Source: a bacterium (GTDB lineage Archaea > Thermoplasmatota > E2 > JACPAO01 > JAHFTW01). From it: DNA of 64,000 bases. The DNA is taken from NCBI GenBank assembly GCA_040390065.1, contig JAZJZE010000001.1, positions 294,718-358,717 of the forward strand, read 5' to 3'. The position numbers and the translations under genes are program-made. Positions 37,983 to 47,902 of the stretch are shown here, piece after piece (the first letter of the stretch is position 1; each line of letters opens with the position of its first letter). The notes under the pieces were generated by a model, which saw only the letters and a list, made by a program, of their open reading frames with translations, did not search any database and was not told the origin of the DNA.

Positions 37983-39293
37983 ATGAGGCTTTCCCACTGG
38001 AAGGCCGCGCGTCGCCAAGCCCTTATGGCGAGCACCCATGGTTTGCCTGTGCCCCTGCGGCTGCTTGTGCGAGGCCAGTGGAGGTCTCGCCGGCGCCGGC
38101 AACTCGCCGTGGGCGCCACCCTCGCCGTCGGCTTGCTTGCCGTGCTCTGTGTCGGCATGCTGCTCGATGGCGCGCGTGAAGCCATCATCCGCCCCGTGCA
38201 TGACACACTCTCGGGGGACGTGCGCGTGACCGCTGGTTCGTCCGACCTCGCCGCAGGTCTTCCTTGGGCGGACGCACGGCCCGTCCAGGCGGAGATCCGA
38301 GTCATCCCCGGGGCTGTTGCCGCCCCTCGTTGGGAGGCCAGCCACGTCACGGCGCGCCAGGACCGCGTCGAGAACTGGACTGCAGGCATCCTCGTCGGCA
38401 TCGACCCGACGATTGTCGAGGAGCAAGCGCCATTGCAAGGTTACCTCGTCTGGGGCACCACGCTTCCGACGGCGCCGCCGATCGACCCTCGCACGCAGTT
38501 GGCGTACGTGCCACTCCTGGTCGGCGAGGAGGCCGCGCGTCGCCTGGACCTGCACCCCGGCCCCGGCGGCGGACCCAACTTCGCGGAAGCCCTGCGCATC
38601 ACGAGCGGCCGCTTCGTGTCGGGAACCAGCGCCCCACCGCTGGACCGGCCCGCCGTCGTCGTCGGCGTCTTCCGCAGCGGCCTCGACGCGCTCGACCGTT
38701 TCGTGGCGTTTGCCCCCATCGGGGATGCGCGTTTCCTGTCCGGCAGGGGAGAGGGCGACCCGTCCGCCAACGCCATCGTCGTGCACGGGGCTTCGCTTGG
38801 GCAGGTTCAGGCCTTGGGGCTTGGCCTCGAGGCGCAGGACGCCGATGGCGTGGCCCGCGTGGCCATGGGCCTAGTCCTCGCGGTCGTCGACGTCGCGGCC
38901 ATCGCTGTGCTGGCGCTCGTGACGGTGTTGCTTGCCGTTCTCCTGGTCCGCGAAGTGAGTCTCCAGGTCGCGCGTGACGCGCCCGCCATCGCGGCGCTGC
39001 GGGCCATCGGCGTTCCGGCGCGCACCATTGCTGGCTCTTACACGGTGCTGGCCGGGCTCACCGTGGCCGGTGCCGTGGCCACTGCGACTCTCGTCGCCAT
39101 CGCCATCGCGTGGTTCGCTCCGTCCATCTCCGTGCTGGGCCACGGCTTGGCCATCCATGTGCCGTGGGTGCTGCGGGCCGCGCCCCTTGTGGCCATGGCT
39201 GTCGCAGCCGTGGCCCTTGCCGTGGCAGCGGCGCTGGCGGCGTCGCGGCGCCTGGCCCGCCTCAATGTGGCCGAAGCCTTGCGCCCGTCGTGA
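37983..39293 (+). CDS. FtsX/LolE-like ABC permease
   Basis: TM, large external loop (GIDP, VVGVF), IAALRAIG, C-terminal LNVAEALR; start uncertain. Confidence 0.78.
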   Translation: MRLSHWKAARRQALMASTHGLPVPLRLLVRGQWRSRRRRQLAVGATLAVGLLAVLCVGMLLDGAREAIIRPVHDTLSGDVRVTAGSSDLAAGLPWADARPVQAEIRVIPGAVAAPRWEASHVTARQDRVENWTAGILVGIDPTIVEEQAPLQGYLVWGTTLPTAPPIDPRTQLAYVPLLVGEEAARRLDLHPGPGGGPNFAEALRITSGRFVSGTSAPPLDRPAVVVGVFRSGLDALDRFVAFAPIGDARFLSGRGEGDPSANAIVVHGASLGQVQALGLGLEAQDADGVARVAMGLVLAVVDVAAIAVLALVTVLLAVLLVREVSLQVARDAPAIAALRAIGVPARTIAGSYTVLAGLTVAGAVATATLVAIAIAWFAPSISVLGHGLAIHVPWVLRAAPLVAMAVAAVALAVAAALAASRRLARLNVAEALRPS

Positions 39294-39295
39294 TT

Positions 39296-40834
39296 CTAGA
39301 AGCGGCCCAGGTTGTTGGCGGCGACGAACGCTGCGCCAAGGAACACGGCCGTGGCAGGCATGAGTGTCGCCCCGAGGCCGAGCACAGCGGCGTGGCTGTA
39401 ATCGCCCGAGTAGCTGGTCAATTGCAGGGTCGCTTCGGAGCGCAACGACACCACGGCGTCGTTCGGGTAGTGCACGATGTGGGCGCCGGCGCTTCCCAAG
39501 GCCGCCGTGAGCGCCGTCTGCACCTGGGGGTAGTCTGCCAGGCGGAACGTCTGCGTCATCGTGCCCTGCTCGTAGACCGGCAGGTAGCTGGCGGCGTCGA
39601 GCCAGTACGTGAAGTCGAAGGAGAAGCCCTCCGGGTTGAACATCCAGTGCGCCGTCATGTGGTCGGCCATGCGCAGGGTGGAGCGCGTCTCCGTGCCCAC
39701 GGTGCGCGGCTCGATGGCCAAGACTTGGCTCGCGTAGGTGACGCTGCCGAACGGACTGCCGATGGCCAAGTGGAATTCGTCGCCGGGGATGAGGTCCATG
39801 GCCCACAGGCGCTGCACGAAGGACAAGATGGCGGCGTCCGGCTGGCGGCCGGCCGCAACGGTCTCGGTGTGCTCGGGCAGGTCCCTGCTGAAGGAGATGG
39901 TCGGCGGCAGTTCGGACCCCGGAGGCAGGCCGTGCGACGAGAAGGTGCCGTCGAAGGCGACGGACCCAGCGACGGCGGCCTTGTTGATCTGGCGCGAGCC
40001 GTCGAAGGAGAGCGTGACGTGCCCACCGAGGTTGGCCTGCACGTCGCCTGCGAGGCCGATGTCGCGCGAGTCGTTGCCGACGGAGGCGCGCACGCCGAGG
40101 TCGAACTTGGCGTGGTCGGTGAGCGAGGGCAACGCGTACGTGAGTTCGGTGCCCGAGGCCGGGGCCGTGGTCTTTGCCTGGACGGTCGCATCAAGCGTGT
40201 TCGTCAGGTTGAGGTCAAAGGATTGGACGGTCGTCGTCGTGCTACTGCGGTGGCAGCCGGAGGCGTCGCAATAGGTGGGGCCGTCGGCCATGACTGACAA
40301 GTCGTGCAGGTGGAGGTCCACGCCGCCGCCGGTGTGGATGCTCCAGCTTGCCAGGCCGGGATGGGCGGTCGCGACGGGGATCGGGTACCCTTCGCTCTTG
40401 AGCCAAGCGCGGTCGTTGCCGGAGCGCACTGATACTTGCTGCCCTGCACGTTCGACCGTCATGCCGGACAGGACGTCCATGGCCGGGTCGACCGGGTCGA
40501 TCTTGACGACGTCGCCGGCGTGCAGTTGGGTCTGCGTGGTGAACGCGGACAGCGGCGTCGTGTGCTGCAGGCCGCCGACGGCTTGGTAACGCACGGTCGT
40601 CCCGGCAACGTCCAGCGTTGCGCCGGAGTGGGTGTACTCGAAGAACGTGTGCCCGTACTTCGCCATGGCGCCGTCGATGCTCGTCGGGGCATTCGACAAG
40701 TCGGTGACGTTGATGGACACGTGGCGGGTCAGCGCGTGCGTCGTGGCAGGCGACACGCTGGACTGCGAGGCGCAGCCGGACAGGAGAATGGAGGCCACGG
40801 CGACGATGGCGAACGAGGCCTTGCGGGGCGACAT
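39296..40834 (-). CDS. Hypothetical lipoprotein with C-terminal hydrophobic tail
   Basis: LLSGC lipobox; beta-rich Thr/Ser sequence. Confidence 0.7.
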   Translation of the reverse strand: MSPRKASFAIVAVASILLSGCASQSSVSPATTHALTRHVSINVTDLSNAPTSIDGAMAKYGHTFFEYTHSGATLDVAGTTVRYQAVGGLQHTTPLSAFTTQTQLHAGDVVKIDPVDPAMDVLSGMTVERAGQQVSVRSGNDRAWLKSEGYPIPVATAHPGLASWSIHTGGGVDLHLHDLSVMADGPTYCDASGCHRSSTTTTVQSFDLNLTNTLDATVQAKTTAPASGTELTYALPSLTDHAKFDLGVRASVGNDSRDIGLAGDVQANLGGHVTLSFDGSRQINKAAVAGSVAFDGTFSSHGLPPGSELPPTISFSRDLPEHTETVAAGRQPDAAILSFVQRLWAMDLIPGDEFHLAIGSPFGSVTYASQVLAIEPRTVGTETRSTLRMADHMTAHWMFNPEGFSFDFTYWLDAASYLPVYEQGTMTQTFRLADYPQVQTALTAALGSAGAHIVHYPNDAVVSLRSEATLQLTSYSGDYSHAAVLGLGATLMPATAVFLGAAFVAANNLGRF

Positions 40835-40892
40835 ACCTGTCCCACTTCTGGACTCCTATTTGGCCTTTGGCGCCTTCTGCCTCCAGGGCGAA

Positions 40893-41834
40893 TCAAGGCT
40901 GGACGATGGTTTGCAGTGTGGCCCATGGCGCACCTGCGACGTACATCGCGAGGTCGTGGGGCCCGCCGGAGTTTGGCGTCCAGGTGAAGCGGTACGCGCC
41001 GGCAGCCCCCCCATCGCCCACGGCGAGTTCGCGGCCGTCGACCCGGATGCGCACACTCTCGGCACCCGGCACCGGGGCGCCGTTGTACGGCCGCACGAAC
41101 CATTCGAGTTGGGCCGCCTTGCCGGCCGCGAGGTTGGCCGGCCATTGCAGGCTGTGGCGGAAATCGCCGACGCGGACGTTGCGGGCCACGTCGAGCGGGA
41201 ACGCCGCGGCATCCTCGCCGGACAACGTCAGTTTGACCAGGCTGGTCGCATTGATGGTCACCGGCGCCACGGCCATGCGGTCGAAGGGGAATGGATTCGG
41301 GACACCGCCCGGCAGGCGGGGCGCGTCGACGGCGGGGCCGCGCGCGATGGCATGCACGACGTCCATGCCCTGCACGACCTGGCCCCACACGGAGAAGTTC
41401 CCGTCGAGGTGGCTGGTCGCGAAATCCATGATGAAGATCTCGGGCCCCCCGGAGTTTGGATCCACGTCGCGTGCGATGCCGGCCGCTCCGGCCGAGAAAT
41501 GGTATCCCGCATCCGTCTCGAGGGGCACGCGGCGCGCATCCTCGCCGACGGCGCCACCCGCCGCGTTCGTGACCTGGATGACGTGGCCCGGCACGGTACG
41601 ATAGAAGGCACGGCCGTCGTAGTACCCTTCGCCGACGTAGGCCTTCATGAGCGCCGTGGTGTTGGGCGCCGCCTCCGGATACAGCATGACGACGATGGGG
41701 CCCGCCGTCGTGTCGAAGCGGATGGCTTCACGGGTCACGCTCGGGAGTGGCTGCGCCGGCGCCGTCGGGTGGTCGGTGCCTCCAACGCATCCGGCCAAGA
41801 GCAGGACCGCGACCAGCAACGGAGCGCCGCGCAT
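40893..41834 (-). CDS. Cyclophilin-type PPIase lipoprotein with extra C-terminal domain
   Basis: LAGC lipobox; APNT, GYYDGRAFYR, GIARDVDPNSGG, HLDGNFSVWGQVVQGMDVV. Confidence 0.88.
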   Translation of the reverse strand: MRGAPLLVAVLLLAGCVGGTDHPTAPAQPLPSVTREAIRFDTTAGPIVVMLYPEAAPNTTALMKAYVGEGYYDGRAFYRTVPGHVIQVTNAAGGAVGEDARRVPLETDAGYHFSAGAAGIARDVDPNSGGPEIFIMDFATSHLDGNFSVWGQVVQGMDVVHAIARGPAVDAPRLPGGVPNPFPFDRMAVAPVTINATSLVKLTLSGEDAAAFPLDVARNVRVGDFRHSLQWPANLAAGKAAQLEWFVRPYNGAPVPGAESVRIRVDGRELAVGDGGAAGAYRFTWTPNSGGPHDLAMYVAGAPWATLQTIVQP

Positions 41835-41837
41835 GCT

Positions 41838-41981
41838 TCACTTGCCGCCGAAGGCCAGCTTGTAGAGAAGTTGGAATTGGGCCCACGTGGTCTGCGGATT
41901 CGTCCCCGACGACTCGATCTCGACGTCCCCTGATTTCAGGCGGACCTTCCAGGGGCCCGCTTCGGGTGCCTTTTCGGCCAT
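41838..41981 (-). CDS. Small hypothetical protein (47 aa, absent from the ORF track)
   Basis: MAEKAPEAGPWKVRLKSGDVEIESSGTNPQTTWAQFQLLYKLAFGGK; fills the gap, stop 3 bp before the cyclophilin ATG, CTTCAAG box about 29 bp upstream. Confidence 0.6.
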   Translation of the reverse strand: MAEKAPEAGPWKVRLKSGDVEIESSGTNPQTTWAQFQLLYKLAFGGK

Positions 41982-42029
41982 GCGCGAACCAGCCTGGGGC
42001 TTGGCTTGAAGGCTTCGACGGCGGGGAGG

Positions 42030-42428
42030 CTACGACCGGCGTGGCGCCGGGGGCGGGTTCGCCTTGCCGGGGGCTTCCTCGTCGAGGCGGAGATACACGC
42101 GGGAGGCGTTGCCGGTCGCCATGCCGAAGCCGACATCGATGTTCGTCCATTGCCAGGCCAGGTTCTCGCACAGGCCCGCGAGGGACCCTGGCTTCTCGGC
42201 CAAAAGGATCTCCTCCACGGGCATGGACTTGTAGTGGTACGCGGCGGCGTCAAGGGCCTTGCGGGCCGCCGCCTCGTGGGCAGTGAGGAGTTGCACGCCG
42301 CCGCGGTTCGCGACGAATCCCTCGATGTTGACCTTCGCGTCGGCCAGGGTGCGCGCGAGCGTTGCCAAAGCGCCGCGCTCCGGGTTGAGGTGCACGTCGA
42401 GGAGGTGGAACTTGCGCGCCTTGGGCAT
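42030..42428 (-). CDS. Tandem ACT-domain protein
   Basis: GALATLARTLADAKVNI and KPGSLAGLCENLAWQWTNI ACT motifs. Confidence 0.8.
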   Translation of the reverse strand: MPKARKFHLLDVHLNPERGALATLARTLADAKVNIEGFVANRGGVQLLTAHEAAARKALDAAAYHYKSMPVEEILLAEKPGSLAGLCENLAWQWTNIDVGFGMATGNASRVYLRLDEEAPGKANPPPAPRRS

Positions 42429-42435
42429 GGCCCGG

Positions 42436-44775
42436 TCAAGCCCGTCCGGCGTTAGAGGCTTGCCGGCCCTTCGGGGGGCCTGGCGCGGCCGCGAACAGCC
42501 ACCAGCACGATGGCGACCAGCAGGCCAACCAGGACGAGGGCTGCGCCGCCCAGCACGACCCAGGCGGGGATGCCGGGCGCGGTGGCTGCGGACGTCTCCG
42601 GCACGGCCGCCTCGGGGGGTTCATGTCAGATGCCTTGGGCGCGGTGGCTGACGGTGCCGCCGTCGGAGCGGCGACGGCCACCCAGACGGTTTCGACCGCG
42701 ACGCTGGTGTCCTGGCCGTTGCCGACCTCGAGGGCAAAGCGCAACTGCGTCGCCTGCGACGGAGCGTTGAACGACGGTGTGGCGGAGCTTGCATCGTCCA
42801 GGACGACGGCCGGGCCTTCCCACTGGGTCCAGTGGTACGACGTGGCGCCGGTCGAAGCGCTGCCGTCCAGGGCGATGCGCGAGCCGGCGTCGGCGTTCGC
42901 TTGGCCAACCACCTGGGCCTGCAGCCCGGAGGCGGTCGGCTGGACGGTGACGGCGACGCCGTCGCTGGCGCCGCGCGAGCCATCCTCGATGGCGACTTCG
43001 AGGTAGAACGTCGTCGGTTCCGAGACCGTCGGCGCCTGGAACGTGACGACCGACGTGGTTGCGCCCTGCAAGGCCACGCTAGGGCCCGACGTCTGCGCCC
43101 ACCGGTATGTGACGCCAGACGCTGCGGTCTGCGCGTGCAGGCTGACCGTGCTGCCGGGGTTGACCATGCGGTCGCGGCCCGCGTCGACGGTCAGCGGGGC
43201 CGGAGGCGGCGCGGTCGGCGGCAGGTTGCTGTCAGTTCCCTGCGAACCCGATCCAGACGACGAGCTTGAGGACGAGCCGCCTGCCGAACCGCCGGACCCG
43301 CTTGAGCCGCCATTTCCGTTCGACGGATTCGGAGCTGCCACGTGGATCGTACGGCAGCCCTTCGTGCCGACGAGGCCGAGCCGGTCGTACGGGGTGAGGC
43401 ACGCGGAGAAGGAGCCGGCATTGCCGTAGATGTGCAACGGCCTGGAGTCGTGCGACAACGCGCCGTCACCGAAGTTCCAGTCCCAGGCGGACATGACGTC
43501 CCCTTGGTCCGGGTCCGTCGAGGAGTCGACGAAGGTGACGGTCTGTCCGGCGACGCCGTCGATGGGGTCTGCGGCGAAGAGCCCGGTCGGAGGCCGGTCA
43601 GGTCCGACAGTGAGCTTGAACGGCGTCGATCCCGTGCAGCCCGCGTCGGAGGCCCTCATCTGCATCGGATAGATGCCTGCGGACCCGAGGCCGTCCGTCC
43701 ACTGGAACGCTCCGGTCGCCGGATTGATGGTCGCGCCCGACGGGATGGTGCCGCCGAGCGAGAACGTCATTGCGTCGTTCTCGAAGTCCGTGGCCGTGGC
43801 CGTGAACTGCAGGACTTGGCCTTCGTTGGCGGTGAAATCGCCCAGGGGCGTGACGACGGGACAGCAGTTGGGGTCGCCGATGGAGGTCCACGTCTGGGTT
43901 GCCGTGTCGGTCGCGCCGAGGCTGTCCGTGATGGTGAGGCTCACCGTCTTTGCGCCGGTTGCCGTGTACGTGTGGGTGGTCGTGGCGCCGCTTTGCGCCG
44001 GTGTCGCGTCGCCGAATGTCCAGGAGGAACTGGTGATGCCGGCCTGCGGGTCCGTCGACGTGCTCGTCGCCGTCACGGTCGAGTCCTGGCACGTGCCCGG
44101 CGAGGTCAAGGAGAAGGAGGCCATGGGGCCGCGCTGGGCGCATGACAGTTGCACGTTGTCGATGAGGACGCCCGCATTGTCGCTCGACGCCCCAGGCTCG
44201 GGGAGGTTCTGGAAACCGATGGCGTAGGTGCCTGCCGCGTTGACCTTGAAGGTCGGCGCAAGCGTCACGGTGCCCCACGCGGCTTGGTATGCGATGGGCG
44301 CCGTGGACGTTGCTGCCGGCAAGGGACGGGCGATGGAGGCGACCGGGATGATGTACGCGCGCAGGGTGTCGGTGGGTGAGAAGGCGCGCTGCGTCCCCGC
44401 CTCACTGAAGCTGAGGGTGAACTGGCCCGTCGGGAAGGTCATCGTGTGGTAGAAGAATCCGGCCTGGTTGCTGGAGCCGTCCAAGTCGACGAACTTGCCG
44501 GTCGTCGTCGCGGCGAAGGTCGCCCCTGGCGCAGTGAAGTCCGCATCCGCGGCCAGCGTGTAGAAGTCCACGGAGCCGCTGAAGACCTGCCAGTTGAGCC
44601 ACGAGGTCTTGCCAAGCTCCTTGGTCCCGCTTGCCGGTGTATCGCCTTCGAAGTTGTCGGAAAACGTCGAGAAGCCCATGCAGTCGCCACCGGCCTGCGC
44701 CGCGCTTTCCGTCACGGCAAGTCCCAATCCAAGCATGAGCATGGCCAAGCATACGCTGACCCAACGAGAAACCAC
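42436..44775 (-). CDS. Modular surface protein (PKD, Ig-like domains); TM anchor is out of frame
   Basis: Signal peptide, WTFGD/WNFGD PKD motifs, GATINPATGAFQW, VDAG…WAQTSGP; adding one C at 42614-42619 gives a TM anchor ending at TAA 42452. Confidence 0.8.
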   Translation of the reverse strand: MVSRWVSVCLAMLMLGLGLAVTESAAQAGGDCMGFSTFSDNFEGDTPASGTKELGKTSWLNWQVFSGSVDFYTLAADADFTAPGATFAATTTGKFVDLDGSSNQAGFFYHTMTFPTGQFTLSFSEAGTQRAFSPTDTLRAYIIPVASIARPLPAATSTAPIAYQAAWGTVTLAPTFKVNAAGTYAIGFQNLPEPGASSDNAGVLIDNVQLSCAQRGPMASFSLTSPGTCQDSTVTATSTSTDPQAGITSSSWTFGDATPAQSGATTTHTYTATGAKTVSLTITDSLGATDTATQTWTSIGDPNCCPVVTPLGDFTANEGQVLQFTATATDFENDAMTFSLGGTIPSGATINPATGAFQWTDGLGSAGIYPMQMRASDAGCTGSTPFKLTVGPDRPPTGLFAADPIDGVAGQTVTFVDSSTDPDQGDVMSAWDWNFGDGALSHDSRPLHIYGNAGSFSACLTPYDRLGLVGTKGCRTIHVAAPNPSNGNGGSSGSGGSAGGSSSSSSSGSGSQGTDSNLPPTAPPPAPLTVDAGRDRMVNPGSTVSLHAQTAASGVTYRWAQTSGPSVALQGATTSVVTFQAPTVSEPTTFYLEVAIEDGSRGASDGVAVTVQPTASGLQAQVVGQANADAGSRIALDGSASTGATSYHWTQWEGPAVVLDDASSATPSFNAPSQATQLRFALEVGNGQDTSVAVETVWVAVAAPTAAPSATAPKASDMNPPRRPCRRRPQPPRPASPPGSCWAAQPSSWLACWSPSCWWLFAAAPGPPKGRQASNAGRA

Positions 44776-44908
44776 ATTTTTTCGACACAGACGCAGTACT
44801 AGAGGTTTGGGTTGGTCGGTTGCCTCGTCGGTCTATGGATCGCCCGCCACTTCACCAAGGGCCGGCCAGCGGCGTGGCCGGGTCTGGCGGGGCGCCGTTG
44901 TTGCGAGT

Positions 44909-45382
44909 TCAGTTGTGGCCCTGCGTGCCGGGGCAAGCCCAAAGGACGTTCCAGCCGTATTGGTATAGGAGCAGTTCGCAGACCAGGAGCTGGCCATTCG
45001 ACAGGCCGTTGGTCGTCCAGGTCACCGTTGCGTTGCGGTCGAAGGCCATGCTCGCCGGCCACTGCATGAACGACGCACAGTCCTGCGGCACTTGTTCCTG
45101 GCCGGCTTGGGCGAGGCAGCGGAGCGCGAGGCCCATGGTCGAGCAGGGGGTCGTGACGATAATCCAGCGGCCGTTCTGGGGATCGAAGACGCGGGCGTAG
45201 TGCTCGCCGCCCGAGCCCCCGGTCTGGACGAAATCGGCGCCGGGTGCAGGGTACGGTTGCTCCGCCGGCTGGGTGGTCACGCACTTCGTGTCCGGTGAGC
45301 TGGGCGGTGGCGGTCCAGCCCAGGCGGGCGTGGCGGCGAGCAGGACGATGGCGAGGCTGGCGATTGCATACAGGCGTTTCAT
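44909..45382 (-). CDS. Small secreted Cys-containing protein
   Basis: MKRLYAIASLAIVLLAATPAWA signal peptide, 6 Cys; start overlaps the upstream stop. Confidence 0.65.
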   Translation of the reverse strand: MKRLYAIASLAIVLLAATPAWAGPPPPSSPDTKCVTTQPAEQPYPAPGADFVQTGGSGGEHYARVFDPQNGRWIIVTTPCSTMGLALRCLAQAGQEQVPQDCASFMQWPASMAFDRNATVTWTTNGLSNGQLLVCELLLYQYGWNVLWACPGTQGHN

Positions 45383-46149
45383 GCGTTTTCCTCCGAGACG
45401 AAGATCCAGTGATAATCGGCGTCGACCGAGTAAGCGGCCACGGGCGCCATTCCGGCGGGGGCGGCGGCAACGGTGTTGGGCAAGGTGCCTTGCAGGCTTC
45501 CCGCGAGGCTCACGTCGCCGACCCCTTCGCGCGTGCTGGAGTCGAATGCGCCTGCCAGCCCGAGGCCCTGCCCGTGCATGCGCCAGTCGGCGGACGCCGT
45601 GTTGTGGCGCGCAGTCACGCCGCCCAGTCGCAGGTCGAGACTGCCGCCTGCAGTGTCTTGCACGGACCAATGCGCGAGGGCGCTGTCGGCGCTGCGGTCG
45701 ATGGTGGCTTGCTGGACGTTGAAGCCGAGCTCGCCCCAGCGGGCGGCCAGCAGCGCATTGTCGACGTAGCCTTCGAGCAGGAACAGGTCGGGCGGTCGGC
45801 TAGCGTCTGGCGGCGCGACCACGGCGACGAAGGTCATGACGATCCGCACCGTTTCCAGCACGGTGGCGTTGTCGAGCGCCGCGGATTTGCACTCGCCGAA
45901 CCGGGTCGAGACCGGATACACGTTCTCGGTCGTCGGATCGTAGGAGCGCAAGGAGTAGCCGGGGGGCAGGCGGGAGCGCACCGCGGCCGCGTCGACGGAG
46001 TAGGCGGCGTCGATTGCGGTACATCCCTGCAACCAGAAGTCCGCGCCGCGGCCATGGCAGTCCTCGCAGGCCTGGGCCAGAGGCAGGCGGTCCGGGGGGG
46101 TTGCGCATCCGGCCAGGAGCAGGCAGGCAAGTGCCACGCCCAGTCTCAC
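45379..46149 (-). CDS. Hypothetical lipoprotein
   Basis: LLAGC lipobox; coupled to neighbours by overlapping start/stop codons. Confidence 0.65.
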   Translation of the reverse strand: MRLGVALACLLLAGCATPPDRLPLAQACEDCHGRGADFWLQGCTAIDAAYSVDAAAVRSRLPPGYSLRSYDPTTENVYPVSTRFGECKSAALDNATVLETVRIVMTFVAVVAPPDASRPPDLFLLEGYVDNALLAARWGELGFNVQQATIDRSADSALAHWSVQDTAGGSLDLRLGGVTARHNTASADWRMHGQGLGLAGAFDSSTREGVGDVSLAGSLQGTLPNTVAAAPAGMAPVAAYSVDADYHWIFVSEENA

Positions 46150-47768
46150 GTCGAGGCCTCCGCCGTGGCCTCGCGGGTCGGGGGCGACAGGGTGGGGGCC
46201 GGAATGGCGGCGGGCGAGTCGACGGGCAAGGCCGCCATCCCGGCAGCCACGCGCCAGGCGACGGCACGGCCGTGTGCCACGCGCTCAAGCACGCCTTCCT
46301 CTTCCAGCAGCCGCGCGTGGTACAGGACCAGCGGATGCGACGTCACGGCCAGCCCCTGTTCCGTCCAGCTTTGGCGCAACCCTGCGTAGTCGATGGGCAG
46401 GGCGGATTGTCGCACGCCATTGTAGATGCGGGCCCGGATTGGATTGTGCAGGAGCGCCATGGCTTCGAGGTTGGCGGGCGGCGGATGCGCTCCACCGGCG
46501 TGCAGGAGTTCGGTCATGCCATCGAGCCGGCCGCCGATGGCTTTGGCTCGTTGCAGGACGCGTACATGGAAACGGGTGGTGCTCTTGCTGAGTCCCAGGT
46601 GGCGAGCCATGTCGCCGATGGAGGAGCCTGGCCGGCGCGCGACCTCGCGCAGGATCTCGGCGCGGGCCGGATGCGTGGTGGCGTTGCGGCGGTGCGCCAC
46701 GGCCAGTGCGACGAGGGCGGGGCCGCGCAGGATGAGGGCGCCAAGCCCAACGCCCGCCAGGAGCGTGGCGCCCGTGGCCAGCGCACTGCGGGAACCGAAG
46801 GCTGCGGCGCCGCCGACGCCCAGGTACGTCACGTTGCCAGCAAGGCTCCAATGGGAGGCCGTCTGCTCGTACGAGGCAGCGATGTGGAGGTCGCCGATCG
46901 CCTGGAACATGGCGGTGTCGGCGTCGTAGGATTGCGGTCCGATGTCGACCGCGCCCGTGACGCCCGTGAGCGCCATGTCGCCAACGGCGCGGCCGTCGAG
47001 GCTCGCGACACAGTGCCGCCAGGTGCCGGCAAATGCTGCATTGGCGGCGCCCGCTTTGGCAATCGCGACGACTTCGTGCCGCACGAGGCCGGGGCCGTCG
47101 TGGTTGGTGCCGGTCGTGGCAGCACCGGAAGACCATGCCATGGTCCCGCCGTGCAGAAGGACGGTGAGGCCACCGGAGGCTGATGGGATGGCCGACGGAC
47201 CAAGATCGGCGATGCCGCAGGCCCCGGCCGGCGTCGTCGCGGTGGCGTCGGTGTCTGGCAGGTAGCGGCCCTCCGTGAAGCCGGGCAGCGTGAATGGTTC
47301 GAGGCGCTGGTCGCCTTGGGCCTGCAGGGCGCCGACGTAAGGCGCCGACGACAGGAACGGTACGACGAGAAGGGTCGCAGGCACGGCCGGAGTACCCTGC
47401 GGGAAGAAAGACAGGTTGGGCGCGTCGCCCTCCGCAAGGACGGTTGGTGTCAGGGGTACACTTGTCGACGGCGTCGTCGTCTCCAAGTAGTCGAAGCGCA
47501 CGACGCGATAGTGCCAAGCACCCGATGCATCTAGGGCTTTGAGGCCGTCCCCGGCGCCGAGGAGAAGGCTGGCGCGCAGATGGGCTTCGCCGGAAACCTT
47601 GCCGTGCAGGGTCCACGAACCCGTCGCCACGACTTGGCCCTCCAGGTGCCCCGAATCGGCTGCGGCGGGGACCGGGGCGGCCATCAGGGCGACCACGGCG
47701 AGGCATGCCCCCACGACAGCGAATGCGCCGGTCCGACCGTGCACGAGCTTCCCACCAAATCGAGGCAT
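46146..47768 (-). CDS. Membrane-anchored protein with external domain and cytoplasmic winged-HTH domains
   Basis: Signal peptide, TM, HPARAEILREV…PG…LGLSKSTTRFHVRVL and a second wHTH (NPIRARI…LYHARLLEEEGVL). Confidence 0.78.
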   Translation of the reverse strand: MPRFGGKLVHGRTGAFAVVGACLAVVALMAAPVPAAADSGHLEGQVVATGSWTLHGKVSGEAHLRASLLLGAGDGLKALDASGAWHYRVVRFDYLETTTPSTSVPLTPTVLAEGDAPNLSFFPQGTPAVPATLLVVPFLSSAPYVGALQAQGDQRLEPFTLPGFTEGRYLPDTDATATTPAGACGIADLGPSAIPSASGGLTVLLHGGTMAWSSGAATTGTNHDGPGLVRHEVVAIAKAGAANAAFAGTWRHCVASLDGRAVGDMALTGVTGAVDIGPQSYDADTAMFQAIGDLHIAASYEQTASHWSLAGNVTYLGVGGAAAFGSRSALATGATLLAGVGLGALILRGPALVALAVAHRRNATTHPARAEILREVARRPGSSIGDMARHLGLSKSTTRFHVRVLQRAKAIGGRLDGMTELLHAGGAHPPPANLEAMALLHNPIRARIYNGVRQSALPIDYAGLRQSWTEQGLAVTSHPLVLYHARLLEEEGVLERVAHGRAVAWRVAAGMAALPVDSPAAIPAPTLSPPTREATAEAST

Positions 47769-47902
47769 TTATCACCTGTGGCGTACGGTTGTTGAACTCG
47801 GCCTCTTTCGGCCCAACGTATCTAGACAATAGTGCCCGGATTGGGCCCGCCCTGCCGTGTTTCGCAGTAGCCGTTCCGTTTCGGGCTTGATGGCCGCGGC
47901 GC

